The notes under the pieces are model-generated. The model was not told the DNA's origin. It did not search any database and saw only the letters and a list, made by a program, of their open reading frames with translations. Shown here in pieces: positions 1-52,323 of a stretch of DNA of 64,000 nt. The first letter of the stretch is position 1. Each line of letters starts with the position of its first letter. The stretch comes from Macrostomum lignano (taxonomy: Eukaryota), in contig NIVC01000140.1 in the NCBI GenBank assembly GCA_002269645.1, forward strand, positions 248,001 through 312,000. The letters are read 5' to 3'. The position numbers were made by a program, and so were the translations under genes.

Positions 1-190
1 GTGCTTTTCACTGGCCTAAGTATGAACTTGTGAGTGCTTTTCATTGGTCTAAGTATGAACTTGTAAGTGCTTTTCACTGGCCCAAGCATGGACTTGTAAG
101 TGCTTTTCACTGGCCTAAGCATGGACTTGTAAGTGCTTTTCACTGGCCTAAGCATGGACTTGTAAGTGCTTTTCACTGGCCTAAGCATGG
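1..190. repeat. 33-bp tandem repeat (GTGCTTTTCACTGGCCTAAGCATGGACTTGTAA), about 5-6 copies, cut by the window start
   Basis: Unit read directly; produces the 11-aa periodic pseudo-ORF AFHWPKHGLVS at 30..227. Confidence 0.95.
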
Positions 191-293
191 CTACAACGTG
201 CCAAAGAGATTGCAATGTTCTACTTGAATGTCCTCTGCGCAGTGCGCAGTCAGAACTAATGCGATTTCACTTTCCCGCCACCCCCCTCCCCAG

Positions 294-897
294 CAAGGTC
301 TTCCTGCCCACCGACAAGTCGCTCGGCCTGACCGCCTCTGCAGCCACCGGCGTCGCCACTGCGCTGGTGGGCCTGGCCGGAGCCGCCGTCGCGTTAGCCA
401 TCCTGAACGCCGGCTGTCCGTGGAGTCTGGACAGTCTCAGCGCCAGCCTCATCCTGGGCTGCTTTCTTGCCCCGAGTGGCGGTCTGACGGCTCCCATGCT
501 GAGTAGTCGGGGTCGGCCAAGACGCCGCATCCGCCTGATGACGGCGAGCATCGCCAGCGTCTGCGTCTGCGTCTGCCTGAGTGCCGGGCAGCTGCTCGCC
601 GTGGCGCTGGACCTGATGAGCTATGCTCAGGAGCGAGCGCCCCGGCTGCCATTCCAGGACAGGGGCAGCTTCAGCTACGTACCCCGGTACCCCGCCTGCG
701 AGTCCAAGCGCGTGTTCGTCTCCGTGTTCGGGCCCGGAGCGCTGGGCTTCTGCCTGCTGCACCTCACCGTCTCCAGCGTCGGCTTTCACTACTTCAGGAA
801 GAGCAGCGCTGCCGCGACCGCTGACAAAGCCGCTGCCGACGAAGACGGCGCTGCTCAGGTCGTGCCACTGATGCCGCAGGAGCAGCAGCTTCAGTGA
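294..897 (+). CDS. Probable terminal exon of a four-transmembrane protein (MS4A/CD20-like topology, family uncertain)
   Basis: ORF 166..897 has four hydrophobic segments (LGLTASAATGVATALVGLAGAAVALAIL; SLSASLILGCFLAPSGGL; LMTASIASVCVCVCLSAGQLLAVALDLM; VFVSVFGPGALGFCLLHLTVSSVGFHYF) and GC3-rich codons. A pyrimidine tract plus CAG acceptor ends at 293, and AATAAA lies at 1007-1012. The start coordinate is inferred. Confidence 0.55.
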
Positions 898-1006
898 CTG
901 GGGCGTGCGATACAGTCTGTGGAATCTGACAGCAAAACTGCGGAGCGGGAGGCTCAGATTTTAGCTGCAGTCTTATTGCATTATGAACTGGCTGCCACAA
1001 CGAAAA

Positions 1007-1012
1007 AATAAA
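1007..1012 (+). terminator. Candidate polyadenylation signal of the four-TM gene
   Basis: AATAAA 110 nt after the stop at 897. Confidence 0.45.
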
Positions 1013-1065
1013 TATTTTATACGTCTGCAGGAGATACTCGTCGCATGCTACTGATAGCATGCATG

Positions 1066-2105
1066 CATCAGCTCAGCCAGCAGCAGCTCAGAACCAGCTC
1101 AACTCCCTGCTTGCAGCCATCAGCAGCTCAGAGCCAGCTCAACTACTCCCTGCTTGCAGCCAGCAGCAGCTCAGAGCCAGCTCAACTCCCTGCTTGCAGC
1201 CATCAGCAGCTCAGAACCAGCTCAACTCCCTGCTTGCAGCCATCAGCAGCTCAGAGCCAGCTCAACTACTCCCTGCTTGCAGCCATCAGCAGCTCAGAGC
1301 CAGCTCAACTCCCTGCTTGCAGCCATCAGCAGCTCAGAGCCAGCTCAACTACTCCCTGCTTGCAGCCATCAGCAGCTCAGAGCCAGCTCAACTCCCTGCT
1401 TGCAGCCATCAGCAGCTCAGAACCAGCTCAACTCCCTGCTTGCAGCCATCAGCAGCTCAGAGCCAGCTCAACTACTCCCTGCTTGCAGCCATCAGCAGCT
1501 CAGAACCAGCTCAACTCCCTGCTTGCAGCCAGCAGCAGCTCAGAACCAGCTCAACTCCCTGCTTGCAGCCATTGCAGCCAGCAGCAGCTCAGAGCCAGCT
1601 CAACTCCCTGCTTGCAGCCAGCAGCAGCTCAGAGCCAGCTCAACTCCCTGCTTGCAGCCAGCAGCAGCTCAGAGCCAGCTCAACTCCCTGCTTGCAGCCA
1701 GCAGCAGCTCAGAGCCAGCTCAACTCCCTGCTTGCAGCCAGCAGCAGCTCAGAGCCAGCTCAACTCCCTGCTTGTAGCCAGCAGCAGCAGCTCAGAGCCA
1801 GCTCAACTACCTGCTTGCAGCCAGCAGCAGCTCAGAGCCAGCTCAACTACCTGCTTGCAGCCAGCAGCAGCTCAGAGCCAGCTCAACTCCCTGCTTTCTG
1901 CCATCAGCAGCAGCTCAGAACCAGCTCAACTCCCTGCTTTCTGCCATCAGCAGCAGCTCAGAACCAGCTCAACTCCCTGCTTTCTGCCATCAGCAGCAGC
2001 ACAGAGCCAGCTCAATTCCCTGCTTTCTGCCATCAGCAGCAGCACAGAGCCAGCTCAATTCCCTGCTTTCTGCCATCAGCAGCAGCTCAGAGCCAGCTCA
2101 ACTCA
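1066..2105. repeat. Minisatellite of 37-43 bp (core CAGCAGCTCAGAGCCAGCTCAACTCCCTGCTTGCAGC)
   Basis: Direct tandem periodicity; explains the repetitive ORFs 1045..2256, 1059..2120 and 1154..1777. Confidence 0.95.
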
Positions 2106-3008
2106 GCTTTCTTGTTATAACTTTTCAATACCAATATTTTATCATGAGTGCACGCGGTCTGAGTTTAGAAATGAAATTAAAAATTATTTATTATTCAGTG
2201 AGGCAACTTTTGGATGGCAGCGCAGTTGGTCTCAAATAAGCCAGGCTATTCTTTAATCGTCAAAGGATCAGCTTCATTATTACATGAGCATCTCGTTAAG
2301 ATTAGGTAAATTTGTTAATTATTTTAACCTCTGCGCTCCCAGCTGCAGGCGAATTAAGCGAAGAAAGCGATGAGTCGGCAGTTGAAGGTGAAACAAATAT
2401 CAGTACAAGCTTACATGTATTGATTGTATTTTGCTCAGTGATCAGCTAGTTTATAAATACAGCATAGAGGTGAATGGTGTTGCAAAAGCAAACAGAATTT
2501 TCAAGGCAAATCTCCAACTATTCGCATCGTCAGTGCGCTTGCAGAAATTGAAACGAATTCATTAATTTGTAAGGCGGAGACAGCAGATAACATTTAAAAT
2601 ACGCTCGTAATCCGATAGACCTACTCGCCCTACCTACTGACAGTAGGACATTAGTAGCACGTGAAAGTGAGAGGAGTTAAGATAGGAATAGAAATAGCGA
2701 GGCCATTTGTGACCGCTGTGAGTCTCAAATGGCGGGAAAGCAAACCAATGCGAAGGGTGCAGAAATGCAGGGACTGCGACACAAGGCAGGCAAACCTCTC
2801 ATTTTCATCAGTAGAAAAAGAAAATCCAAGCAAAAATTGCAGCTGATTACAACACGGCTGATTAGGCTATTACAGGTGAATTATGTACAGGTGACTGAAC
2901 TGACTTTGGCCTCTGCTTTCTTGCTTGAAGAGAAACAGTTTGCAAGCGAGCACTTTACTTAAAGATCAAAAAGCTGTTTGTCCTTCGCTCGCAGCTGAGT
3001 CTGGAAGC

Positions 3009-44016
<41,008 letters not shown>

Positions 44017-44269
44017 CGCACGCCTGGCAGTGCGGATCAGGGCATTATCCAGTGTCTTCGCTGATTGAGCTTTCCCTGGCTCTGGAACAAGTGTTTTCGC
44101 GTATTCTGGCCGTTGAGTGACAGCCACGAGAATTCAACACTCAAGGCGGAGCAGACTTAACTCAGTCGTGTATCTACTGCTTCTCACAGTTCCACGCTGG
44201 GCTCTTGGGACAGGCTGGGCTCTCAAATGCTCCTTCACAATGGCCTCTGGGGTGGGTCCTGCCTGGGCG

Positions 44270-44305
44270 AGCCCGGCCATTGGCAGGCTGGCCCCAGCCA
44301 ATGAG
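44270..44305 (-). promoter_or_regulatory. Two oppositely oriented CCAAT boxes about 270 bp upstream of the Fat4 ATG
   Basis: CATTGG near 44278 and GCCAATG near 44297; motif only, no TSS evidence. Confidence 0.25.
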
Positions 44306-45111
44306 GAGCCGGGAAGCAGTGTAAGCTGGCAGAGGCAATTCTAACAGAAATTATCGGCACGCGATCTGGGAAGCACAATTGCGATTTTCGCCTTAGACAA
44401 GGCGACAAAGCGCTGCTTGATTTCGCGTGCAGACTCGCTCGGAAGCAATTTCTTGTGGCCAGGGAGGACTGGAAGCTTGGGGTTACCTTGCAGTTGAGTG
44501 TTTAAGGCGAAGCGCACTTGGCACACACGATTACAATGCCTTAACTGCAGTTGCATTGCGAAAGTGTGGGTGTTTGAACGACTTCTTTCTGGGCTTGTGC
44601 TACGGACTACTTATGCAGGACTCCGCCTTCTCGAGCCGCACAAATGTTTACTAAGAGGTCCGAGGTCTGTAAACAGCAACAGCGAAAGCCGAAATCAATA
44701 TTTCCAGTGCGAACTGAGGATCGATCGATACAGCAGAGCTGCGGTGCTTGATGCAGCGGGTGCACTGGCTAAAGCGTGACAAAAGCGGCTAAACTCACAT
44801 GCTCATCCCCACATTAGACTGCAATTTTGACCCAATCTCATGCAGTGCATGGTAACAAAGCGTTAAAGATACTTACACACTTGGCTGTCTGCTTCTCGAG
44901 CATATCGTGGGTAAAGGTGGTCTCGTGTTTTTTCCTATCCATGCAATTTTTCCCGTGAACATGCTTTGAATTTAAGCAAAGGCACACTGTGGTACTTCGA
45001 GTAGTAAATAAAGGCTGTAGTAAAAGATGATCATGCATACAGCGCAACCAATTCAGGAATTTTTTGTACTCGTAATTTTCTGCAGCCACTAACTAAAAAT
45101 TTAGGAACTTG

Positions 45112-45865
45112 TAGCTCTTCTGCCTCAGCTGGAACTTGTAGCTCTTCTGCCTCAGCTGGAACTTGTAGCTCTTCTGCCTCAGCTGGAACTTGTAGCTCTT
45201 CTGCCTCAGCTGGAACTTGTAGCTCTTCTGCCTCAGCTGGAACTTGTAGCTCTTCTGCTTCAGCTGGAACTTGTAGCTCTTCTGCCTCAGCTGGAACTTG
45301 TAGCTCTTCTGCCTCAGCTGGAACTTGTAGCTCTTCTGCCTCAGCTGGAACTTGTAGCTCTTCTGCTTCAGCTGGAACTTGTAGCTCTTCTGCCTCAGCT
45401 GGAGCTTGTAGCTCTTCTGCCTCAGCTGGAGCTTGTAGCTCTTCTGCCTCAGCAGGAATTTGTAGCTCTTCTGCTTCAGCTGGAGCTTGTAGCTCTTCTG
45501 CCTCAGCTGGAACTTGTAGCTCTTCTGCCTCAGCTGGAACTTGTAGCTCTTCTGCTTCAGCTGGAACTTGTAGCTCTTCTGCCTCAGCTGGAGCTTGTAG
45601 CTCTTCTGCCTCAGCTGGAGCTTGTAGCTCTTCTGCCTCAGCTGGAGCTTGTAGCTCTTCTGCCTCAGCTGGAACTTGTAGCTCTTCTGCCTCAGCTGGA
45701 ACTTGTAGCTCTTCTGCCTCAGCTGGAACTTGTAGCTCTTCTGCCTCAGCTGGAATTTGTAGCTCTTCTGCCTCAGCTGGATCTTGTAGCTCTTCTGCCT
45801 CAGCTGGAACTTGTAGCTCTTCTGCCTCAGCTGGAGCTTGTAGCTCTTCTGCCTCAGCTGGAGCT
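45112..45865. repeat. 27-bp minisatellite (AACTTGTAGCTCTTCTGCCTCAGCTGG)
   Basis: Direct periodicity; 9-aa pseudo-repeat KSYKFQLRQ. Confidence 0.97.
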
Positions 45866-46170
45866 TATCAACCGGACCCATCGGGATCCTACAGAAGTCG
45901 TCATAGACCGCGAGGCTCAGCCGCATCAAGGCGCATCCGTAGCACACAGCAGCCTGTTCGACTTGGGATTTGTTCAAAGCCCATCGAAGTCAGCCTTAAC
46001 TGTCAAGATGAACTCAAGTCATCTAATGAACTCAGGTCAAGTAAGCTAAGATACACAATTGAGAGGCAAGCCACCCGCAGAGACCTCATATACAATAAAT
46101 AAATGAACAGGTGAAGACAATTCCTAATCTTTTTTTCTCCAAACTGATTTTTCTATTTAAACCGCACGGA

Positions 46171-46176
46171 TTTATT
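46171..46176 (-). terminator. Candidate polyadenylation signal of RPS16
   Basis: AATAAA on the minus strand about 90 nt after the stop. Confidence 0.5.
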
Positions 46177-46263
46177 CAACCGCCAGCAAGCGCACAGAGG
46201 CGCACAAAGATTAGCGCAAACAAACAAAAAACGCAGCAAAAAGTCCCCAGGAAAAGCGCCCCT

Positions 46264-46707
46264 TTAACGGTAGGACTTCTGGTAGCGGGCGCGAGCGCCA
46301 GGGCCGCCAAACTTCTTGGGCTCGCAGCGGCGCGGGTCTGCAACCAGCAGCGACTTGTCGTAGGAGATCAGCAGGTCCTTGATCTCCTTCTTGCTGGCCT
46401 CGTCCACGTATTTCTGGTAGTAGGCGACCAGCGCTTTGCTCAGCGCCTGCCGGATCGCGTAGACCTGCGCGATGCGGCCGCCGCCCTTCACCCGGATGCG
46501 GATGTCCACGCCGCTGAACTTGTCCTTGCCGAGCAGCAGCACCGGCTCCTGAAGCTTGTACTGCAGAGCCCGCGGCTCCACCAGCGACAGCGGCCGTCCG
46601 TTCACGTGGATGAGGCCGCGTCCGGACTTGCAGTGGGCGACCGCCGTAGCCGTCTTCTTGCGGCCGAACACTTGCACTGCGTTGGATGGCGGCCTGGGGG
46701 CTGACAT
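46264..46707 (-). CDS. RPS16: 40S ribosomal protein S16 (uS9), 147 aa, intronless CDS
   Basis: [54 protein letters not shown]; ATG at 46707. Confidence 0.97.
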   Translation of the reverse strand: MSAPRPPSNAVQVFGRKKTATAVAHCKSGRGLIHVNGRPLSLVEPRALQYKLQEPVLLLGKDKFSGVDIRIRVKGGGRIAQVYAIRQALSKALVAYYQKYVDEASKKEIKDLLISYDKSLLVADPRRCEPKKFGGPGARARYQKSYR

Positions 46708-46767
46708 GGCTCTGTTGATCAAGCTGCGGGCTGCGGCAGTGATCAAATGGGTGAGCATGGAGCAGCT

Positions 46768-46900
46768 GGGTGAGCACTGACTAGATGGGGTGAGCACTGA
46801 ATGGTTGGGGTGAGCACTAAATGGATGGGGTAAGCACTGACTGGATGGGGTGAGCACTGACTAAGTGGGGTAAGCACTAACTAGATGTGGTGAGCACTGG
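46768..46900. repeat. 20-bp minisatellite (TGAGCACTGACTGGATGGGG), about 6.5 copies
   Basis: Units start at 46771, 46791 and onward to 46891. Confidence 0.9.
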
Positions 46901-48599
46901 TTTGGCAGAGGCAATTGTTAGGGTATGTAGTATTTTTTAGTTAAGAAAGCCCCTAGGAATTAGCAGCTCTCATTCAAGACTATGACTATAAATATGGCTA
47001 AATCATTTGAACCCTACACAATTGCCTAAGTTAGAGTCTTCTAACATATTCATTATAAATAGATGTTGCTTTAATACTTTTACTAGCCTATCTTCAACAG
47101 TTATGTGTTGTATAAATTGCTAAAAATGTTTCAAAATTTAGCTTTTAATAAATGGTATTTAGCATATGGCATTATATATGCCATATAAATTAATACTTTT
47201 TAATAGTATAGAAAATTTATATTTATTAAAAAATTTTCCTATTCATATTTTAGACCTTTTTTTCTCCTAGTCTTTTTAAAACATATTGATAATGATATAG
47301 CCTTTTACCTTAAATAGATTTTTAATACACTTGGTATATATTTAATCATGATGTATACAAAGATCCTTGATATATATATAAATATAAAACATAAAACATT
47401 TTTTTAAAAAGCATATAATTAATTTACCTTGCATTTTCAAATGTTTAATTTTAATATTTTTTATATAGTTTTTATGTATATAAGTTAGAGTAAAAACTAT
47501 ATTCCAGATCATGTAATAGATGCCCAAAAATTTAAGCATGCATTGGCCTTGCATGCCAAAAGTTAAGCATGCACACTTGGCATACACTTCATAGAATCAC
47601 ATAGAAAACTTAATATTAAGTGGAAAAAAAATTTATAATGTATTTTTAAGCCTAAATTTCAAGCTATTTAGTTTTTAAGCTTGTAATAAAGTATTTAAAC
47701 AAATGTTTTTGCATATCAATGTTTTGCTATAAATAGTGTAAGCAAAAAAATAAAAATAAATAACTAAATTATTAGTCAAAAAAGGTCTTTAATGCAATGC
47801 AAAAAGGTCATTTATTGTTGCAACATTAGCCTTTTTAGAATGTGGGTATGTACTTATTTTTCGGCATGTATTTCTAACTATTCAATTTTTGTTTAATTAG
47901 GTATGCACCCAGAATGGTCTAGATTATAGGATAGAGTAAAAATAGAACAAAGAAATAGGCCTACCACATAAATCATAAGACAATTGTTGTTTGTTACAGT
48001 AAAAATATATATTATATTATTGTATACATATATAGCATAAATTTTATAATTTATAGGCCTAGCATAAATTATAGAACTTATAAATAATAACTATAAATAG
48101 TAAGATGGTTATTTTTATAGTTAACCTTTAAAACAAATACCATCTAAATAAAATAACAAACATGCAAAGCAAATACTAGGGTAGCCAGGTAGGTGGTAAA
48201 TTTAAAAAAGTTATTTATTTATTAAAAATTTTAAAAGCAATTTTTTTTATTTTAAAAATAATGAAAATAAAGCACTACTACTAGGCCTAGATTACTAGAT
48301 ATAGCCTATATTTTTTTAATCTAGCCTGGCCCTAGCTTAGCATAGCCATAGGCATAACATAAGAAAAAGAGTATTTCTTGGGTTGAATTGAATTTATGCC
48401 ATTTTATGTATAAATATATTGATAACTAAACCTATTAAACTAAGCCTAACTCACTGTCACAGCATTCTTGTTTTAGCCTTTCAGCCTTTAGCCTAACCCT
48501 TACATGGTTTCAATTTCAATGGAGCACTAATAGTTTTGAAATCATAGACCCATAAAAAATAGGCTACAAATTGCCAAACTGCTGAATTTTTATTTTCTA
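46900..48599. other. Sharply bounded AT-rich, CpG-depleted, TpA-rich island
   Basis: One CG (47862-47863) found by eye between 46741 and 48599; abundant CTAG, TATA and TAGC words; stops in the plus frames I translated. Confidence 0.85.
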
Positions 48600-50870
48600 C
48601 GTTGGTACGTAGGACCTAGACACATGCCAATCATATATTTTTGACGACATATGGGTCCGGCGAACTACTGTGGCAGTTGGGGGCTGCCACTGACAATCTA
48701 TTGAACGTTGATACTTTAATTTTGAAATTTAATTTTTTCCGTGTCTTAATAAACCACCCTCGACCCATTCCCCGCTGTCCCCAGTTTTGGTCCTGTGTGC
48801 CCACCTTGTGCCCCAGTGGCTGGTTTGTTTCGTCTTTTCCCCGTTCTTGCGTTGGTTTTTCCACTCCTTTCTCTGGTCTTTTGCGTCCCTCTGTTGGAAA
48901 CCTTGTTTATCTCCCTATTTTCCGCGTTATTTTTCTGTCTGTTCCTTACTTGGTCTACGTGACCACCCTTTGCCACCAGCGTTTGACCCCTTTGGACCAC
49001 TCGTTGCGTATATTTTGTCTATATATTTGTGCCCTCTGGAGCCGCCCAATTTGCTTGCATGCCTTCCTTTTATTCCCTTTTCTTCTTTCCGTTTCCCTCC
49101 TACCTTTCAATTTAATTTCTAATATTTTTAAGTCCGCCAGTTTATTTGCACCCTGTCTATCTATTCAGTAGCTAGTGCACCGCGGCACCAGCCAATCATC
49201 CGCCGGAGTGGTCACGGTCCTGTTTGATTATTTTATTACGTTTGGTGAATCGTAGTTAATAACTTTTATTTTTAATTACTAGGTAAATTAGTATACTTGC
49301 CGCTGAAGTCTGAATAAAACATTTAATACGACATTAATCTCTCTTTGATAACCTGAAGCCTAGTTTATACTGAGTCATTTGCCCGTGGGGCGTAAAACAA
49401 CCCAGTCTCATCTCAAAGCAAGCTCTGAGACCCCAACGTTCCGTAATACGCAAATTACGGTGGTGGCAGCGCTACTCTACTGTTAGTAACAAGTTAAGTC
49501 ACGCATACGAGATACGTTAAATTCGGTGTCTGAGGACCTGCTCTGAACGCTTGCGCCAACGAAGACCGCTCGCCTACGACTAAAACTACCCTCCCCCCGG
49601 GATTGAGGACCCCGGCAATCGGAGTATCTACGAGACATTTCAATTGGGATTCGTCCACACGAATTTTCCGGATTTAATCTGTGCGAATTAACGACGGCGC
49701 CGATTCGAAGGCCTGAGCCGCTCATACTTGACACTAAATCATGCGACCACCGGACAATCCCACCTACTACCAAAATTTTCTCCGCCCCACCTCACTACCT
49801 ACGTTTTAGAAGAAATTGTTGTTTTTAATTGTAATACATATAAAACAAAGCTATAACTCTTATTTTTTTAAATGATCTACTCTAATGCGAATATTGGCTT
49901 TCTAAACTTGTTGTGCATAAACAGGATACTTTTTAGAGAAAACGGATATAAACTTGATTGAGTGCGTAATAACGAAATGATGATATATATTTGTATATTG
50001 CCAATATTAACTACATTAAAAAGCCAGGCCGGGGGCGCAACCACAGGGTCGGAGGGCGAACGCCCTTCAGAAGAGACCAGGAAAAAGTTTAAAGCAGTAC
50101 CATCGAATTTTCGCCAAAATACATGTAACCGTAGAAAATGGAATGGAAAAACCTGGTACGCCAAACTATTTGGAGCTGATTGAGGCTCAAACGAGACGAT
50201 AACATAACAAAACCGCGCACAGGGCTAGCGTGTCTCACGAAGATACATTTACTTGTAGTCAGTCAGACTATCAGCCAGCGTATGGAGGGGGTAGGTGAAA
50301 CACTGCCTGGGCTAGATCAGCGTACATAGCGAAGAATTGAAAAATTGGCACGTACATTTAAAATCACGCAATGCAAAGAAAATCAATAGGTTAGTAGTCC
50401 ACCTCCAAAACAATACAGGTTTTTGCCCGATTTGGATCTAACTGATCCCCTCCTCATTACCGAAGCCACGAACCAGTGTCGGCAAGTCTTTTAAATTTCA
50501 TGACTAGTTATGTCTCAGCTGTACAGTGGTATCACGGGCAAACTATTTTTCCATTTTCCCGAGATTTTTGCCTAATTCCTAATTCCGAGGGGACAATCGA
50601 ATATATTTGTCACAAACAGTTTTCTATGCATTGAAGAGCAGGCCGGGATTCTGTGTAGTAAATCGAGGAATCAATATAGATCGTTTTTATTCTCGTACAA
50701 TAATCTGCATTTCTTTAGGGTGGTTTCGCCTATTAACTCAAAGGCTAGACATGCTCGGGTTAAGGTTTTGAAAGTCGGTTCGCTTAGCTACACTGTAGCT
50801 GGGATGGGAAAGCAAAACAAAGTCTATATAATAACTCTGATCTGCTCAGGAAGCGATCACTAACGTACGG
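48599..50870 (+). mobile_element. Possible remnant of an older LTR element (tRNA-Leu-type PBS at 49461-49471), serving as target of the young Gypsy
   Basis: TGGTGGCAGCG is complementary to the recalled tRNA-Leu 3' end; AATAAA near 49314; no gag/pol ORF and no second LTR seen. Confidence 0.3.
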
Positions 50871-51393
50871 TGTGACGATATCTGGTCCGAGTTCGCGTGC
50901 TGACGGGCTGCTATTAAAGTAGTGAGTAAACACACAGTTAGTGGTGACGATAACTGACGGCGCCGATAATTCGATTACGGATTATGTATATTTGCAGGTT
51001 ACACATGTAGTGGTTATTGCTGATGCTAACTGGTAACGAACAATTGCAGTGTCAATGGAATGGCTTCGAAGATGACCTTAGTGGGTAACACTACTAAATT
51101 GAGAGCGATCTTGAACTACTGTTTTTTCAGTGTTTACTAAAATCAATCAGTGTTTACTAAAATCAAATGACTGGCGATAGGAACAGCAGCCGCACACCAC
51201 GCTCAGTCTTCTCCGAAGCCACAGAATTCAAAATGTTAAATATAACTATTTAATGCAGTAAAACAAAGCATTGCTTACTATTTTCAATAAACATAAAAGT
51301 GAAACCAATTGATATAAATAAAGTACATATTAAATACTTTTTAGTAGATATTAATCGACGAACTGGGAGAATAAAAGAACCACCAACGTCACA
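50871..51393 (-). repeat. 3' LTR (523 bp, TGTGACG...CGTCACA)
   Basis: No difference from the other LTR seen by eye; internal 20-bp duplication TCAGTGTTTACTAAAATCAA at 51127-51166. Confidence 0.97.
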
Positions 51394-51407
51394 CTCGCCT
51401 CTCTCCC
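51394..51407 (-). other. Polypurine tract GGGAGAGAGGCGAG
   Basis: Abuts the 3' LTR on the element's sense strand. Confidence 0.9.
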
Positions 51408-51791
51408 AAAAAAACAAAAAACGAAGCGCTTTCTACTTCAAGTAGTGATTTCGAACATTGTTTTTCAAAATGAATTTGGTACGATTGGGCCGCGTTGCAA
51501 AAATCGAATTTTTTGAACAATTGAAGATAATTTCGCAAAGTAGAACGATGGAGTAAAATTGAACATTCCAACGAAACAGCAACAAGGATTGATTGATTTT
51601 TAAACGCATGCGCAGCTAGCATTTGGATAGAGGAGTAAAATGTGATATTCGCGCGAACAAGGAAGCCTAATAACGAATAAGTAGTAACAACTGAATATTG
51701 ATAATTATGACAAAATTTACTGACAGCATCGACGGGACCCGTGCTGCAGACGCCTCAGACTCGAACACCGCGCCAAGAACTTGCACTGCGC

Positions 51792-52090
51792 GGCCAGCAG
51801 TTGATGAAGCGGCCGGCTGCCGCCAGCAGATGATGAAGCGGCCGGCTGCCGCCAGCAGATGATGAAGCGGCCGGATGCCGCCAGCAGATGATGAAGCGGC
51901 CGACTGCCGCCAGCAGTTGATGAAGCGGCCGACTGCCGCCAGCAGATGATGAAGCGGCCGACTGCCGCCAGCAGTTGATGAAGCGGCCGACTGCCGCCAG
52001 CAGATGATGAAGCGGCCGACTGCCGCCAGCAGTTGATGAAGCGGCCGACTGCCGCCAGCAGATGATGAAGCGGCCGACTGCCGCCAGCAG
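51792..52090. repeat. 29-bp tandem repeat (GATGAAGCGGCCGACTGCCGCCAGCAGWT), about 10 copies, in the Gypsy 3' UTR
   Basis: Period 29 (51803, 51832); GTT and GAT variants partly alternate. Confidence 0.93.
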
Positions 52091-52323
52091 AAACCCACAC
52101 CAGACAACGGAACAACAGATAACCAGCCACACAGAGGAGCGCACAGCACGGCACCAGGCACCACACAACACAGCCAAACATAACCACGGCAACCCACCAC
52201 AACGGCCAGCAACACAGAAAAAAACAAAGAGCAACCACACCGGGAGGGCACCGCAAAGCAACAGAAGCCACCCCGGAGGAGCACATCACAGGCAGCAGAC
52301 TACACCCCCCGAAAGGGCAGGGA

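Noticed and set aside
1045-2256. Long Gln/Ser/Ala-rich ORFs in three frames
   Set aside because: They are translations of a stop-free minisatellite. The same applies to ORFs at 6631..7182, 11413..12433, 12854..13565, 21792..22816, 30873..31419, 31871..32306 and 45093..45977.
44017-44127. 37-aa N-terminal extension of Fat4 shown in the ORF track
   Set aside because: It starts at GTG; the ATG at 44016 directly precedes the signal peptide.
46900-48599. Mitochondrial insertion or recognisable pseudogene (a DRW-like GPCR motif appears if transitions are reverted near 47110)
   Set aside because: No mitochondrial motif was recognised, and the spacing around the putative DRW does not fit TM3. The original identity is unresolved.
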